Shown here: positions 1-9,629 of the stretch, piece by piece
How the letters are laid out: each line of letters begins with the position of its first letter
How positions within the stretch are numbered: the first letter of the stretch is position 1
Source of the DNA: Candidatus Freyarchaeum deiterrae
GTDB taxonomy: Archaea > Asgardarchaeota > Jordiarchaeia > Jordiarchaeales > Jordiarchaeaceae
Direction of reading: 5' to 3'
Length of the DNA: 64,000 bases
Assembly: GCA_037305845.1 (NCBI GenBank)
Contig: CP147778.1
Coordinates: 3,296,001 to 3,360,000, forward strand
Notes under the pieces: model-generated
Told to the model about the DNA's origin: nothing
The model's database searches: none
What the model saw: the letters and a program-made list of their open reading frames with translations, nothing else
Made by a program: the position numbers and the translations under genes

Positions 1-318
1 CTCCGTTTTTTACGCCATTTCTAAATAACCAAGTTATAAGCAAATTAATATTACCTCTATTTATATTTTTCGTATATTTTTATACTTCAGAGTAATAAAT
101 ATAAGACAATTGAAAAAACCAATCTGATTTTTAGGCCCACTTCAAGCCCCCAACCTCGTATTAACCTCCGAAAAAAAGATAAAAATTGTTTATAGCGAAT
201 CTTTCAGAGATTATGGCTTACCACAAAAAGTTCACGTAAGTTTAGCGTCTTATTTATATCGTAGTTTTTTCTATTTTATTAATGTAGAACAAGCATTCTA
301 AGGGGCTAGAGCGTTTTT

Positions 319-1476
319 ATGGAGAATCTGGAAAAAATAAAAAGAATGTTAGTGGATTTCTTCAGCCTGGTTTCCCGTTACATAATTGAAATTTACCAAG
401 TTATTGAAGGAAAGTCCGAGCTTTCTAAAAGTAAACCTGAGAATTATACTTATGGTCAACTTGTCGAAAAATCTAGAAGCTAGGAAAGGTCGACGTTTGC
501 ATACCTTTACTTCATTGAGGACTTCATAAAGGGAGTTGTCAAGTGGTTTGAGTTCTTTTCCGGTTTGGTTAGTGCGCTAGGCACCAGAGACTATTACCGC
601 ATTTTATACAGAAAAATCAAACTAGAGGAAGTTATCGACAGTTCCAGAATAGATATAACCTTCCTAAAATTTCAAGTAAAAAGCGTTTTTAACATTAGTT
701 TTCAAGATCTGAAATCAATTAACACTTCACTATTGGAGAGTTCAAAAAGCGTAAAGGAAAATATTGCTTATTTAGGCTCCGAGTCATTCGAAAGGTTTAT
801 TGAGGCGGTGGAAAAACAAGCTCGAGGCTGGCTAGACATACATGATGAAATATACCGCTCCCTTCAATCCATCATCGAAGGAACAGACGAACCTAAGAGC
901 ATAGAAACACTTACCATGGTTATTAATAAGTGTATTAATTTCTCTGAAAAAATTATTGATACACAGAAGTTCATAAAAATTCCAGAACAGGTCTGGGAAA
1001 ACTACATGGCGGACGATTTCATGGATCTCTTTGAGAGATTCAGCGAACTCAAAGAGGATGTAATCAAATTCCAAGAATACCGTACAAAAATGTTTGAACA
1101 TGCCGGTAAATGTTTTCTCCAAATTTTAACCATGCTCTGGGGCACTGAAGAGCTAGCTCGAAAAAAGTTAGAATCACTTGTAAACTCCGAAACAAACGTT
1201 AATGATTTAATACCCGAAAATTTCTCTCTTAAAGACTTGGCATTCGGACTAAGCCTCGCACTCATTGAGTGGGACCAGGCATCAATTGCTTCTCGGGAAT
1301 TAGACAGAAAAAAAGGCGCAATTGACACAATAGCCAATTACATCATAACTGATGATAAACCAAACTGGTACACGGAAACCATAAAGAGAATTGAAATAAG
1401 AAATAAATATGGGGGAGAAATTTATGAAAGAATGTTACAAATTCAAAGCGCAGTCCAAGAAATGATGACCCGTTAA
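319..1476 (+). pseudogene. Uncharacterised alpha-helical protein, paralogue of 1822..3048, interrupted by an in-frame TAG at 481-483 (pseudogene or read-through)
   Basis: ATG at 319 is in frame with ORF 565..1476. It translates MENLEKIKRMLVDFFSL...YTYGQLVEKSRS*ERSTFAYLYFIEDF..., which aligns without gaps to MGSPEKITSILNDFFDL...YKYDQLGVRIRKYVEAELTYISFLEEY of the next gene. Shared motifs further on: DITFLKF.VK and P.NFS.KDLAFGL.LA. Confidence 0.75.
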
Positions 1477-1821
1477 AACCTTCAAATCAAATCCTTTTCG
1501 TGTATAATCTTTTGCTCCCGTTTTCTCAATGAAAATAAAACATTAAAACTAAAAGTATGATTCCCGTTATTGGACTGAATAATATATTTTATTTTTGTAC
1601 TTAACCAAGTCGCCATATATGTACTGAAAAACGACTAGTTGTTATTGCATTTTACTAGTATCTTGTACACTAATTATTAGAAAAGCTGAAGAAAATTTGA
1701 CTTTTCTGATTATTTTGATATAAAAAAGTAAATCCACTGTTCAAATGTTAAATATTATTTGGTTTTCATATAAAAACATAACAAATTTATATAACTTTGA
1801 TACATTACTTAATTACCAAAT

Positions 1822-3048
1822 ATGAAGGCTTTTTTTATGGGGAGCCCAGAAAAAATAACTAGCATATTAAATGACTTCTTCGACCTAACTTTTAAATCCA
1901 TAGTTGAGTTACACCAAAAAGATGGAGGAAGATTTGGGCTTCGCGAGAGTGAACTTAAAGAGTATAAGTACGATCAACTTGGTGTAAGAATTAGAAAGTA
2001 TGTTGAAGCGGAGTTAACATACATTTCCTTTCTTGAGGAATACGCGAAGATGGTTTCGAAGTGGCTTGAAACATTTTCGTATTTAGTTGATATGCTAGGC
2101 TCTAGAGAGTACAACAGAATTTTATCGAGAGAAGTCGAACTCTGGGAAGTCATTAACCCTTCAGCTTTAGATATTACCTTTCTAAAATTTATGGTTAAAA
2201 CTTTTTTAAATCCAAACTTTTCAGATCTTGAAACAATATGCGGACTAGTTTTGGAGAAATCAAAAAAAGCTGTAGAAGAGGTCAACCACCATAACCCCGC
2301 GTCGTCTAAAAAGTTTATTGAATTGATAAAAAATCAGAGCAGAGACTGGCTTGTAATAAATGAAGAGGTGCAAATCTGCCTTCAATCTATCCCTCAGGTA
2401 GAGGATAAATCCCAAATCCTTTTCACGCTTACTATGATTGCTCAGAAGTTTATCCTTTTCTTTGAAAAAATAACTGAGACAAAAAAAGCCATAAAGGATT
2501 CAGACGAGAATTGGAAAAATTTTGTAGAAGGCGGTTTCATTGAATTCCTCGAACATTTCAAAAAAATCAAAGATGACATAATTGAATTATTTGAATGCTT
2601 GATAAAAACACATGAACACCTCCTCAGCTGCTCTCTTCACATTTTATCCGCACTCTGGGGAAGAGAAGTTGCTCAATCTAAAATGGAAGATTTTGTAAAA
2701 TCTAAAATACCAGTCGAAGGCCTGATGCCCAAAAATTTTTCCATAAAAGACCTAGCATTCGGACTGGCTTTGGCTCGCTCAGAATTGGGTCAGGCGCATC
2801 TGGCATCTCAGGGATTAGAAGAAAAAAGAATAGCAATTGAGATAGTAGGAAATTATTTACCCAAGAATAAGGGCATCCAAGACTTCCGAAATAGAATCAC
2901 TAGGCTCTTAGAGATGAGAGAAAAATACCTATTCAAAATTAACGACATGATAATAGATGTGCAAAAATTAATCCAGCAAAATGAATCTGAAAAACCTATT
3001 TTTGGAAGAGAACTCTCCTTAAACACTTTTTCTGACTCTGAAAAATAA
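1822..3048 (+). CDS. Hypothetical all-alpha-helical protein (tandem paralogue of 319..1476); start may be ATG 1837
   Basis: 408 aa ORF with a TATA-like tttatata at ~1786. Full-length similarity to the upstream gene; no recognisable catalytic motif. Confidence 0.85.
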   Translation: MKAFFMGSPEKITSILNDFFDLTFKSIVELHQKDGGRFGLRESELKEYKYDQLGVRIRKYVEAELTYISFLEEYAKMVSKWLETFSYLVDMLGSREYNRILSREVELWEVINPSALDITFLKFMVKTFLNPNFSDLETICGLVLEKSKKAVEEVNHHNPASSKKFIELIKNQSRDWLVINEEVQICLQSIPQVEDKSQILFTLTMIAQKFILFFEKITETKKAIKDSDENWKNFVEGGFIEFLEHFKKIKDDIIELFECLIKTHEHLLSCSLHILSALWGREVAQSKMEDFVKSKIPVEGLMPKNFSIKDLAFGLALARSELGQAHLASQGLEEKRIAIEIVGNYLPKNKGIQDFRNRITRLLEMREKYLFKINDMIIDVQKLIQQNESEKPIFGRELSLNTFSDSEK

Positions 3049-3150
3049 AAACATTATCAAAGAATAAAGAATGAGTAACAGTTAAAAAACTGAAAAACAA
3101 GCTGGTTGCATAAGAAGAAGGTTTTCTTAAAATTTGGGAGGTTGATTAAA

Positions 3151-4593
3151 ATGGTTTTGAGAACCGTAGAAGAGTATATAAACGGTTTGAAGGATAACCG
3201 AGAAGTCTGGATACTTGGAGAAAAAGTAGATGATGTAACAACACACCCCATGCTGAAAGTAGGTGTTGAAACCGCGGCCCTAGATTATAAAATGGCTGAA
3301 GATCCAAATTACCGAGACCTCGCAGTAGCAGAACACCCCGAAACCGGTGAACCAATAAGTAGGCACTATCACATTCCTAAAACTGCGGAAGATCTACTAA
3401 AAAGGCACGAGTTAATAATAACCGCAACCAGACTCGGCGACGGCGTAATACCCTTCACTAAAGACATAGGCGGTGACGCTTTAAACGCAGCGATGATAAC
3501 CGCCCAGATGATGGGAAAAGAGGAATACCTTGAGAGAATCACAGAATACTACGAACATGTAAGAAAGAAAGATTTGAGTGTAGTCTGCGGAATGACCGAC
3601 GTTAAAGGAGACCGAAGCCTCCACCCCTCCTCACCGAACCAGACACACCCCGACTTTTACGTCCACGTAGTGGATAAAAACGATGAAGGAATAACCGTTA
3701 GAGGTGCAAAAATACATATAACAGCCGCAGCTTACTCCGACGAAATTCTAGTCCTACCGTGCAGAGTCATGAGGGAAGACGACAAAGATTACGCATTATC
3801 CTTCGCGGTTCCAGCGAACGCCAAGGGGCTAAAACAAATATGCCACCCTATGAGGTACGAATTAAGCTCACTGGAATTCCCTATCGATACGCCAGCAAGA
3901 AATCACACTGAGTCACTAATAATATTTGACGACGTGTTCATACCTTGGGAAAGAGTCTTTCTATGTGGCGAATGGCAATACGCGGGAATTATGGCGTACA
4001 ACTTTGCCTACTCCCATAGGCACACTGCATCCTGCTATAGAATAGCCATGACCGAAATACAACTCGGATTAGCTGTAGCTATAGCCGAATATAACGGAAT
4101 AGACCAAATCTCCCACGTTCGAGAAAAGATAACGGATATGATAATCTATCTGGAAATGCTGAAGTCTCTGGCTAAAGCTTCTTGCAGCGATCCTGTGATA
4201 CACGGTGGAATAGCAATACCCAATCCCGTTATTACCAACTTAGCGAAATATCACTTCGCTGATAATTACCACAACTTTGTGAAATCTGTACAAGACCTAA
4301 GTGGAGGAATACTCACCACCGCACCGACCTACAAAGACTACGAAAACCCAGAGTTAAAGGATTATCTTGATAAGTATCTGGGAGGCAAAAAGGGATTACC
4401 CACAGAGGACAGACTAAAAATACTGCAAGCACTAAGAATCGCGTTTGCTTCAGACCAAGGAGGCCAGATAGAAGTTCTAGCGATACACGCCGAAGGTTCA
4501 CTCCAGGCCCAAAGAATGATAATCTATGGTGAGTATCTAAACCAGCTCCAAGAATACAAAGAAAGAGCCAAAAAAATCGCAGGTGTAAAGTAA
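3151..4593 (+). CDS. 4-hydroxyphenylacetate 3-hydroxylase (HpaB) / 4-hydroxybutyryl-CoA dehydratase family flavoprotein, copy 1
   Basis: Motifs RT.EEY...L.D.REVW..GEKV.DVTTHP, MTDVKGDRS, VRGAK.HIT and FDDVF.PWERVF. GGGAGG RBS 9 nt before ATG 3151. Confidence 0.9.
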   Translation: MVLRTVEEYINGLKDNREVWILGEKVDDVTTHPMLKVGVETAALDYKMAEDPNYRDLAVAEHPETGEPISRHYHIPKTAEDLLKRHELIITATRLGDGVIPFTKDIGGDALNAAMITAQMMGKEEYLERITEYYEHVRKKDLSVVCGMTDVKGDRSLHPSSPNQTHPDFYVHVVDKNDEGITVRGAKIHITAAAYSDEILVLPCRVMREDDKDYALSFAVPANAKGLKQICHPMRYELSSLEFPIDTPARNHTESLIIFDDVFIPWERVFLCGEWQYAGIMAYNFAYSHRHTASCYRIAMTEIQLGLAVAIAEYNGIDQISHVREKITDMIIYLEMLKSLAKASCSDPVIHGGIAIPNPVITNLAKYHFADNYHNFVKSVQDLSGGILTTAPTYKDYENPELKDYLDKYLGGKKGLPTEDRLKILQALRIAFASDQGGQIEVLAIHAEGSLQAQRMIIYGEYLNQLQEYKERAKKIAGVK

Positions 4594-4599
4594 AATGAA

Positions 4600-4800
4600 T
4601 ATGTGTGATACACAGTTCAATGAATGCAAGTGCTAAGCTGGTTAAGTCCGGTTCCCTAGTGATAATTGCAAGGGGAGAAAATCCTGAAACAAGGTAGCCG
4701 AGGGTCTGAGGGACTGGACATTAAATTACCTCAGAAAAAATCGTAATACAAAATAGCTCATAACAACAGTTTCCATCCCACAACCGCCTCTTCAAAAACA
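4600..4800 (+). pseudogene. Degraded 5' fragment of a DUF362 gene, left from the tandem duplication
   Basis: gttccctagtgataattgcaaggggagaaaatcctgaaacaa...gacattaaattacctcagaaaaaa...cccacaaccgcctcttcaaaaac closely matches the start of 6369..7190 (gttccctagtgataatcgtaaggggagaagaccccgaaacaa...gacattaaaatccctcagaaaaaaa...cccacaaccacctcatcgaaaac), but has indels and stops. Confidence 0.85.
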
Positions 4801-4926
4801 TATTTTGGGGTGGAGAACTCTCCCTTACTCTTTTTTGACTCAAAAATTAAAAATGCGTAACAGTTAAAAACCAGAAAACGAAATAATTGCGCAAAGAGGT
4901 TTTTTATTTTTGGGAGGATGATTAAA

Positions 4927-6357
4927 ATGGTTTTAAGAACAGTAGAAGAATATCTAAGAGCCTTAAGGGATGGACGAGAAGTCTGGATAGTTGGAGAAAA
5001 AGTAGAGGATGTAACAACCCACCCCATGATGAAAGTAGGTGTTGAAACCGCTGCCATAGATTATAAAATGGCGGAGGATCCGAAGTACCGAGACCTAGCG
5101 GTGGCAGAAAATCCAGAAACAGGCGAACCGATAAGTAGACACTATCTCATTCCCAGAAACGCGGAAGACTTACTAAAAAGACACGAGTTAATAATAACTG
5201 CAACTAGACTCGGCGACGGAATAATACCCTTCACCAAGGATGTCGCCGGCGACAGCCTAAACGCAGTAACGATTACCAACGAGTTAATGAAAAATGAGGA
5301 ATACATAGAGAGAATCACAGAATACTATGAACATGTTAGAACTAAAGATTTGAGTGTTGCCTGCGCGATGACCGATGTTAAAGGAGACCGAAGCCTCCAC
5401 CCCTCCTCACCGGATCAAACGCACCCTGACTTCTACGTTCACGTAGTGGATAAAAACGATGAGGGAATAACAGTTAGAGGCGCGAAGATTCATATAACGG
5501 GCGCAGCGTACAGCGACGAAATTCTAATCCTGCCATGCAGAGCCATGAGAAAAGACGATTCAGATTACGCCGTAGCCTTCGCTGTTCCCGCGAATGCCAA
5601 GGGATTAAAACAGATATGCCACCCTCTGAGGTATCAGCAAAGCCCGCTGGAGTTCCCTGTTGATATGCCTATAAGAGCGCATACCGAGTCAATGATAGTC
5701 TTCGACGATGTGTTTGTACCTTGGGAAAGAGTCTTTCTCTGCGGCGAATGGCAATACGCAGGTGCAATGGCATACAACTTCTCATACTCCCACAGACACA
5801 CTGCAGCCTGCTACAGGATAGCCATGACCGAAATACTACTCGGATTAGCTGTAGCTATAGCAGAGTATAACGGAATAGACCAAATCTCCCATGTTCGAGA
5901 AAAAATGACGGACTTAATAATCTATCTGGAAACGCTGAATTCTCTGGCAAGAGCTTCTTGCAGCGATCCCGTGATGCACGGCGGATTAGCAATACCCAAC
6001 CCCACTATCAGCAACTTAGCAAAATATCACTTTGCCGAAAATTACCACAAATTCGTGAAAGATATAGAAGACCTATGCGGAGGCATATACACCACGGCAC
6101 CCACCTACCAAGACTACCAAAACCCGGACATAAGAGACTACATAGAAAAATATCTAGGCGGCAAAAAGGGATTACCCACAGAGGATAGATTAAAAATAGT
6201 ACAAGCACTAAGAATCGGGCTAACCTCAGACGTCGAAGTTTTAGCATTACATGCCGAAGGTTCACTCCAGGCCCAGAGAATGGTAATCTACGGTGAGTCT
6301 CTGAACAAGCTCCAAGAATACAAGGAAACAGCTAAAAGAATCGCAGGAATAAAGTAA
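4927..6357 (+). CDS. HpaB / 4-hydroxybutyryl-CoA dehydratase family flavoprotein, copy 2
   Basis: Same motifs as copy 1; GGGAGG RBS before ATG 4927 (alternative start 4918). Confidence 0.9.
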   Translation: MVLRTVEEYLRALRDGREVWIVGEKVEDVTTHPMMKVGVETAAIDYKMAEDPKYRDLAVAENPETGEPISRHYLIPRNAEDLLKRHELIITATRLGDGIIPFTKDVAGDSLNAVTITNELMKNEEYIERITEYYEHVRTKDLSVACAMTDVKGDRSLHPSSPDQTHPDFYVHVVDKNDEGITVRGAKIHITGAAYSDEILILPCRAMRKDDSDYAVAFAVPANAKGLKQICHPLRYQQSPLEFPVDMPIRAHTESMIVFDDVFVPWERVFLCGEWQYAGAMAYNFSYSHRHTAACYRIAMTEILLGLAVAIAEYNGIDQISHVREKMTDLIIYLETLNSLARASCSDPVMHGGLAIPNPTISNLAKYHFAENYHKFVKDIEDLCGGIYTTAPTYQDYQNPDIRDYIEKYLGGKKGLPTEDRLKIVQALRIGLTSDVEVLALHAEGSLQAQRMVIYGESLNKLQEYKETAKRIAGIK

Positions 6358-6368
6358 AACTGATAGTT

Positions 6369-7190
6369 ATGGTTAGCAGCTCAATGAATACCCCAAGCGT
6401 TAAAACAACCCAGTCTAGTTCCCTAGTGATAATCGTAAGGGGAGAAGACCCCGAAACAATGGTAACAAAGGGTCTCGGGGAACTAGACATTAAAATCCCT
6501 CAGAAAAAAATAGTGATAAAACCCAACCTCATAGCCAACAATCCCTACCCCACAACCACCTCATCGAAAACCGTAGAAGCCATCATCAAAAACCTCAAAA
6601 AATTCGAAAAAGAAATCATCATCGCAGAAGGGGCGGGATGGACCGATACCTTCGAAGCATATCGAGACCTAGGATACCAAGAAATCGCCAAAAGGCATGG
6701 AGCAAAACTGGTCGACCTAAACACAGACAAGTACGAAATAGTGAAAAATCCCAAGGCTCTGGTGCTAAACGAATACGAGCTTCCCCTAACACTGAAGGAC
6801 TCCTACCTAGTGTCAGCCGCCGTTCTCAAAGTACACTCCCAAGTTGGTGTTACGCTCTCCATCAAAAACATGCTTGGCGCATCCATCGATGGACACAAGG
6901 GTAGATTTCACCGGCGAGGAATAAACGAAAGCATAGTCGACATAAACCTCTACAAAGCCCCAAACCTAGCCATAATAGACGGCAGAGAAGCAAATGTGAA
7001 AGGAGAACTCGGAGGAGAAGTCCAAACATTCGATTTAATGATATTCTCCCAAGACCCAGTAGCAGCAGACGCGGTTGGAGCAAAAATACTAGGAGTAGAC
7101 CCACTATCCGTGAAATACCTGAGACTAGCACAGGAAAAAGAGTTAGGCACAGCTGACCTAGGAAAAATAGAGGTTAGAGAATTAGAATAA
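6369..7190 (+). CDS. DUF362 domain protein
   Basis: Motifs IVIKPNL, TT, IIAEG, LKVH..VGVTLSIKNMLG, IIDG and DPVAAD; 11 bp after HpaB copy 2. Confidence 0.85.
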   Translation: MVSSSMNTPSVKTTQSSSLVIIVRGEDPETMVTKGLGELDIKIPQKKIVIKPNLIANNPYPTTTSSKTVEAIIKNLKKFEKEIIIAEGAGWTDTFEAYRDLGYQEIAKRHGAKLVDLNTDKYEIVKNPKALVLNEYELPLTLKDSYLVSAAVLKVHSQVGVTLSIKNMLGASIDGHKGRFHRRGINESIVDINLYKAPNLAIIDGREANVKGELGGEVQTFDLMIFSQDPVAADAVGAKILGVDPLSVKYLRLAQEKELGTADLGKIEVRELE

Positions 7191-7452
7191 GTCGCCCCAC
7201 TTTCCCAAAACTAACCTCATCTAAACTTCTCAACTTTTTAAGAGTTTTAAAGTGTAACATGAAGGACATGTATTCCCAAATAAGACTTTGTTAATGACAG
7301 TGAGTTCCCATATAGACCGATTTTTCGAGTTAGTAATAGAAGTCGAAAGGGGAGCCTTAAAAAGAAGATTCTGGTAAATACGCGAACATAAAACATAAAA
7401 ATGGATTTTGTACATCCCATAAATTATACGAACTTCTACATGGTGATGAAGC

Positions 7453-7824
7453 ATGATATACGAGATTCGGGCCTATACCATCAGGCCAGGGAAGATGGAG
7501 GAGTTCCTAGCCTTCTTCAATAGAGAAGGGTCCAGTATAGGAGGAACCATTAAGACTCATGGACAGCTGATTGGTCATTGGCAAACCGTTAGAAGGTTCT
7601 TGGTGGATGTTGTTGGTACAGAATTCAAAGAGGAAGATCAGAAGGAGGCTTCCAACGAAGTTGTATACATGTTAGCCTTCAAAGACATGGCTCAACGCAC
7701 CGAATTCTGGAAGAGCTTTGGGAACGACAAAAGATGGCAAAAGGAAAGACCCACGTTTACCAGCCTAGTCTCAAAAATGGACATCAAAATCCTCAATCCA
7801 ACAAAAGTCTCTCCCCTTAAGTAG
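7453..7824 (+). CDS. NIPSNAP family protein
   Basis: MIYEIRAYTIRPGK N-terminus, G.W, VYMLAF.D...R..FW..F..D..W and IL.PT..SPLK C-terminus; GGTGA RBS. Confidence 0.85.
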   Translation: MIYEIRAYTIRPGKMEEFLAFFNREGSSIGGTIKTHGQLIGHWQTVRRFLVDVVGTEFKEEDQKEASNEVVYMLAFKDMAQRTEFWKSFGNDKRWQKERPTFTSLVSKMDIKILNPTKVSPLK

Positions 7825-7889
7825 AAAGGGGTGATTACTTGAAGGCCGCCCTTCTTTATAACTACAGATAGAAATCAGGAGGGAAAAAA

Positions 7890-8687
7890 ACGAAATTAGA
7901 AGGAAAGGTAGCCCTCATTGCGGGGGCTGGATCCATAAGGGAAGTTTCTGGATTACCAGGGATCGGAAGAGCGACGGCGATCCTTTTTGCCCAGGAAGGT
8001 GCCAAGGTTGTTGCTGCCGATATTAGGCCTAGGGCCGGGGAGAAGACAGTGGACATGATTCGGGAGAAGGGCGGGGAAGCCGTCTTTGTCCAAGGGGATG
8101 TCACGAAGGCGGAGGATGCAAAGCGGATGGTGGAGTCGACGGTTTCCACTTATGGTAAGTTGGACATCCTCCTCAACAATGTCGGCATTGGCCTCGGAGG
8201 CAGTGTTGTGGACACCAGTGAAGAGGATTGGGACCGCGTAATCACCATAAACCTGAAGGGAATTTTCCTCGTATCCAAGTATGCCATCCCCCACATGATA
8301 AAAAACGGAGGCGGATCCATAATTAACACCTCCTCAGTAGCAGGAATGAGGTCCCACCAAATGTCAGCCTATTCCACCTCCAAGGCAGGCGTGATCGCTC
8401 TCACAAGATGCATGGCTCTGGACTTTGCTAGATGTGGAATCAGAGTTAACTGTATTGCTCCCGGAACAATGGACACGCCCATGGTTGCTCCCATCACGGA
8501 TGAAAGGCGCCGAAAAGGCTTATGTGAGATCATTCCCTTGGGGCGTATGGGCCTAGCCCAAGATGTCGCTTATGGAGCCCTTTACCTAGCCTCAGACGAG
8601 GCATCCTACTTAACAGGGACCACTCTGGTGATCGATGGAGGATTAAGTGCCTCCTACCACAGCCGCGCGCCCTCCCCGCGTCCATAG
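7890..8687 (+). CDS. Short-chain dehydrogenase/reductase; apparent ACG start codon (or start-loss allele)
   Basis: The frame of ORF 8049..8687 stays open back to TAG 7869 and encodes (T)KLEGKVALIAGAGS...GIGRATAILFAQEGAKVV. NNVG, YSTSK and VDGG-like motifs follow. AGGAGG RBS at 7877 precedes ACG 7890. Confidence 0.8.
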   Translation, partial: TKLEGKVALIAGAGSIREVSGLPGIGRATAILFAQEGAKVVAADIRPRAGEKTVDMIREKGGEAVFVQGDVTKAEDAKRMVESTVSTYGKLDILLNNVGIGLGGSVVDTSEEDWDRVITINLKGIFLVSKYAIPHMIKNGGGSIINTSSVAGMRSHQMSAYSTSKAGVIALTRCMALDFARCGIRVNCIAPGTMDTPMVAPITDERRRKGLCEIIPLGRMGLAQDVAYGALYLASDEASYLTGTTLVIDGGLSASYHSRAPSPRP

Positions 8688-8920
8688 AAGCACATGCTGT
8701 CTTGTACCTAAATTATGTGTTGAAGCCTTTGGTACTGCAAATATTTAGTTTTTTATTTTTTAAGTTATTCCCTCCTTCCCCCCTTGCGTTCCCCCTTTCT
8801 CCCTTTTGTTTTTTGTTTGTGTTTTTTCTTTTTTGTGAGCTTCAATTTGGGTGTTTGTTTAATTGTGGTTTTAAGGGTGGTGTGGGGCTTGTGTATTTAT
8901 GTTTGGGTTTAATGTTTGTT

Positions 8921-9475
8921 TTAGTTGATTTTTAGTCGTAGTTTGGTTATGTCTTCTTTGAGTTCGTAGTTTATTTTCATGCTGGTGAATAGCTCTGATA
9001 TTAGGTCCTTGATGAAGTTTTTCATGACTTCGTGGTGTGTGAGTAGTAAGTATTCTCCTTTGGTGTTTTTAGTCAGTTTGAATAGGTTGCAGGCTTCGAG
9101 TCTTTCTAGGACTTCTACTGGGTTTAGTCCTTGGAATTGTTCGGCGTGGCTTTTGGCTATGTTTTTGCAGAGTTCCCGGTAGTCTTCTTCTAGGTATGAG
9201 CCGTATATTAGTTCTAGGAGTATGATTAGTCGGTCTATGTCGATTATTACGTGTTCCCCTTCTGCGAGTAGTTTTAAGTAGTATTCGAGTGATTTCCAAC
9301 TTTGGCCGCCTCCTAGGAATTTCTCTAGGCTGGAGTAGAACCTGATGGCTTTTCTAATAATCTCGCTTACTGAGACTTCTTGTTTCTGGCTGAGCTCGCT
9401 TATCAGGTTCTCTGTTTCTTCGTCGACGGCGAATGTGATCCTCTGGGGTATACTCTTTCTGCCTTCATTTTTCAT
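8921..9475 (-). CDS. Ribbon-helix-helix (CopG-like) transcription regulator with a C-terminal putative effector-binding domain
   Basis: N-terminal RITFAVDEE...L..L......VSVSEIIRKAI RHH pattern; divergent from amtB-glnK. Confidence 0.8.
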   Translation of the reverse strand: MKNEGRKSIPQRITFAVDEETENLISELSQKQEVSVSEIIRKAIRFYSSLEKFLGGGQSWKSLEYYLKLLAEGEHVIIDIDRLIILLELIYGSYLEEDYRELCKNIAKSHAEQFQGLNPVEVLERLEACNLFKLTKNTKGEYLLLTHHEVMKNFIKDLISELFTSMKINYELKEDITKLRLKIN

Positions 9476-9541
9476 AAAGTAGTCCTTAGAAACGTCCTAT
9501 ATAAATTGTTTCTAGGTTTTTGGCGGAATAGTCGCTATTTT

Positions 9542-9562
9542 TTTTCATAAGTTTTATGAAAA
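9542..9562. promoter_or_regulatory. Inverted repeat TTTTCATAA-GTT-TTATGAAAA, candidate operator between the RHH gene and amtB
   Basis: Perfect 9-bp arms ~25 bp upstream of the amtB TATA-like tttataag (9586). An identical half-site overlaps the RHH start codon (9469-9477). Confidence 0.5.
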
Positions 9563-9629
9563 GTTGTGAATACTTCTTAACAATATTTATAAGTATTATT
9601 ATTATGATATTTGTTTAAAAAAATATTTA

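Larger units (their letters stand above)
3057..6580 (+). repeat. Diverged tandem duplication of a ~1.75 kb unit: promoter + HpaB-family gene + start of DUF362
   Basis: Unit 1 is ~3057-4800 and unit 2 is ~4840-6580. The upstream motifs aatg(a/c)gtaacagttaaaaa and tttgggagg(t/a)tgattaaaatggtttt are repeated, and the coding regions are highly similar. Confidence 0.85.

Noticed and set aside
3151-6357. Canonical 4-hydroxybutyryl-CoA dehydratase as a carbon-fixation marker
   Set aside because: The N-terminal CxxxC Fe-S ligands are absent in both copies.
8702-8935. 77 aa Phe/Leu-rich ORF
   Set aside because: It is a product of low-complexity T/G-rich sequence between convergent genes; no RBS or motif.
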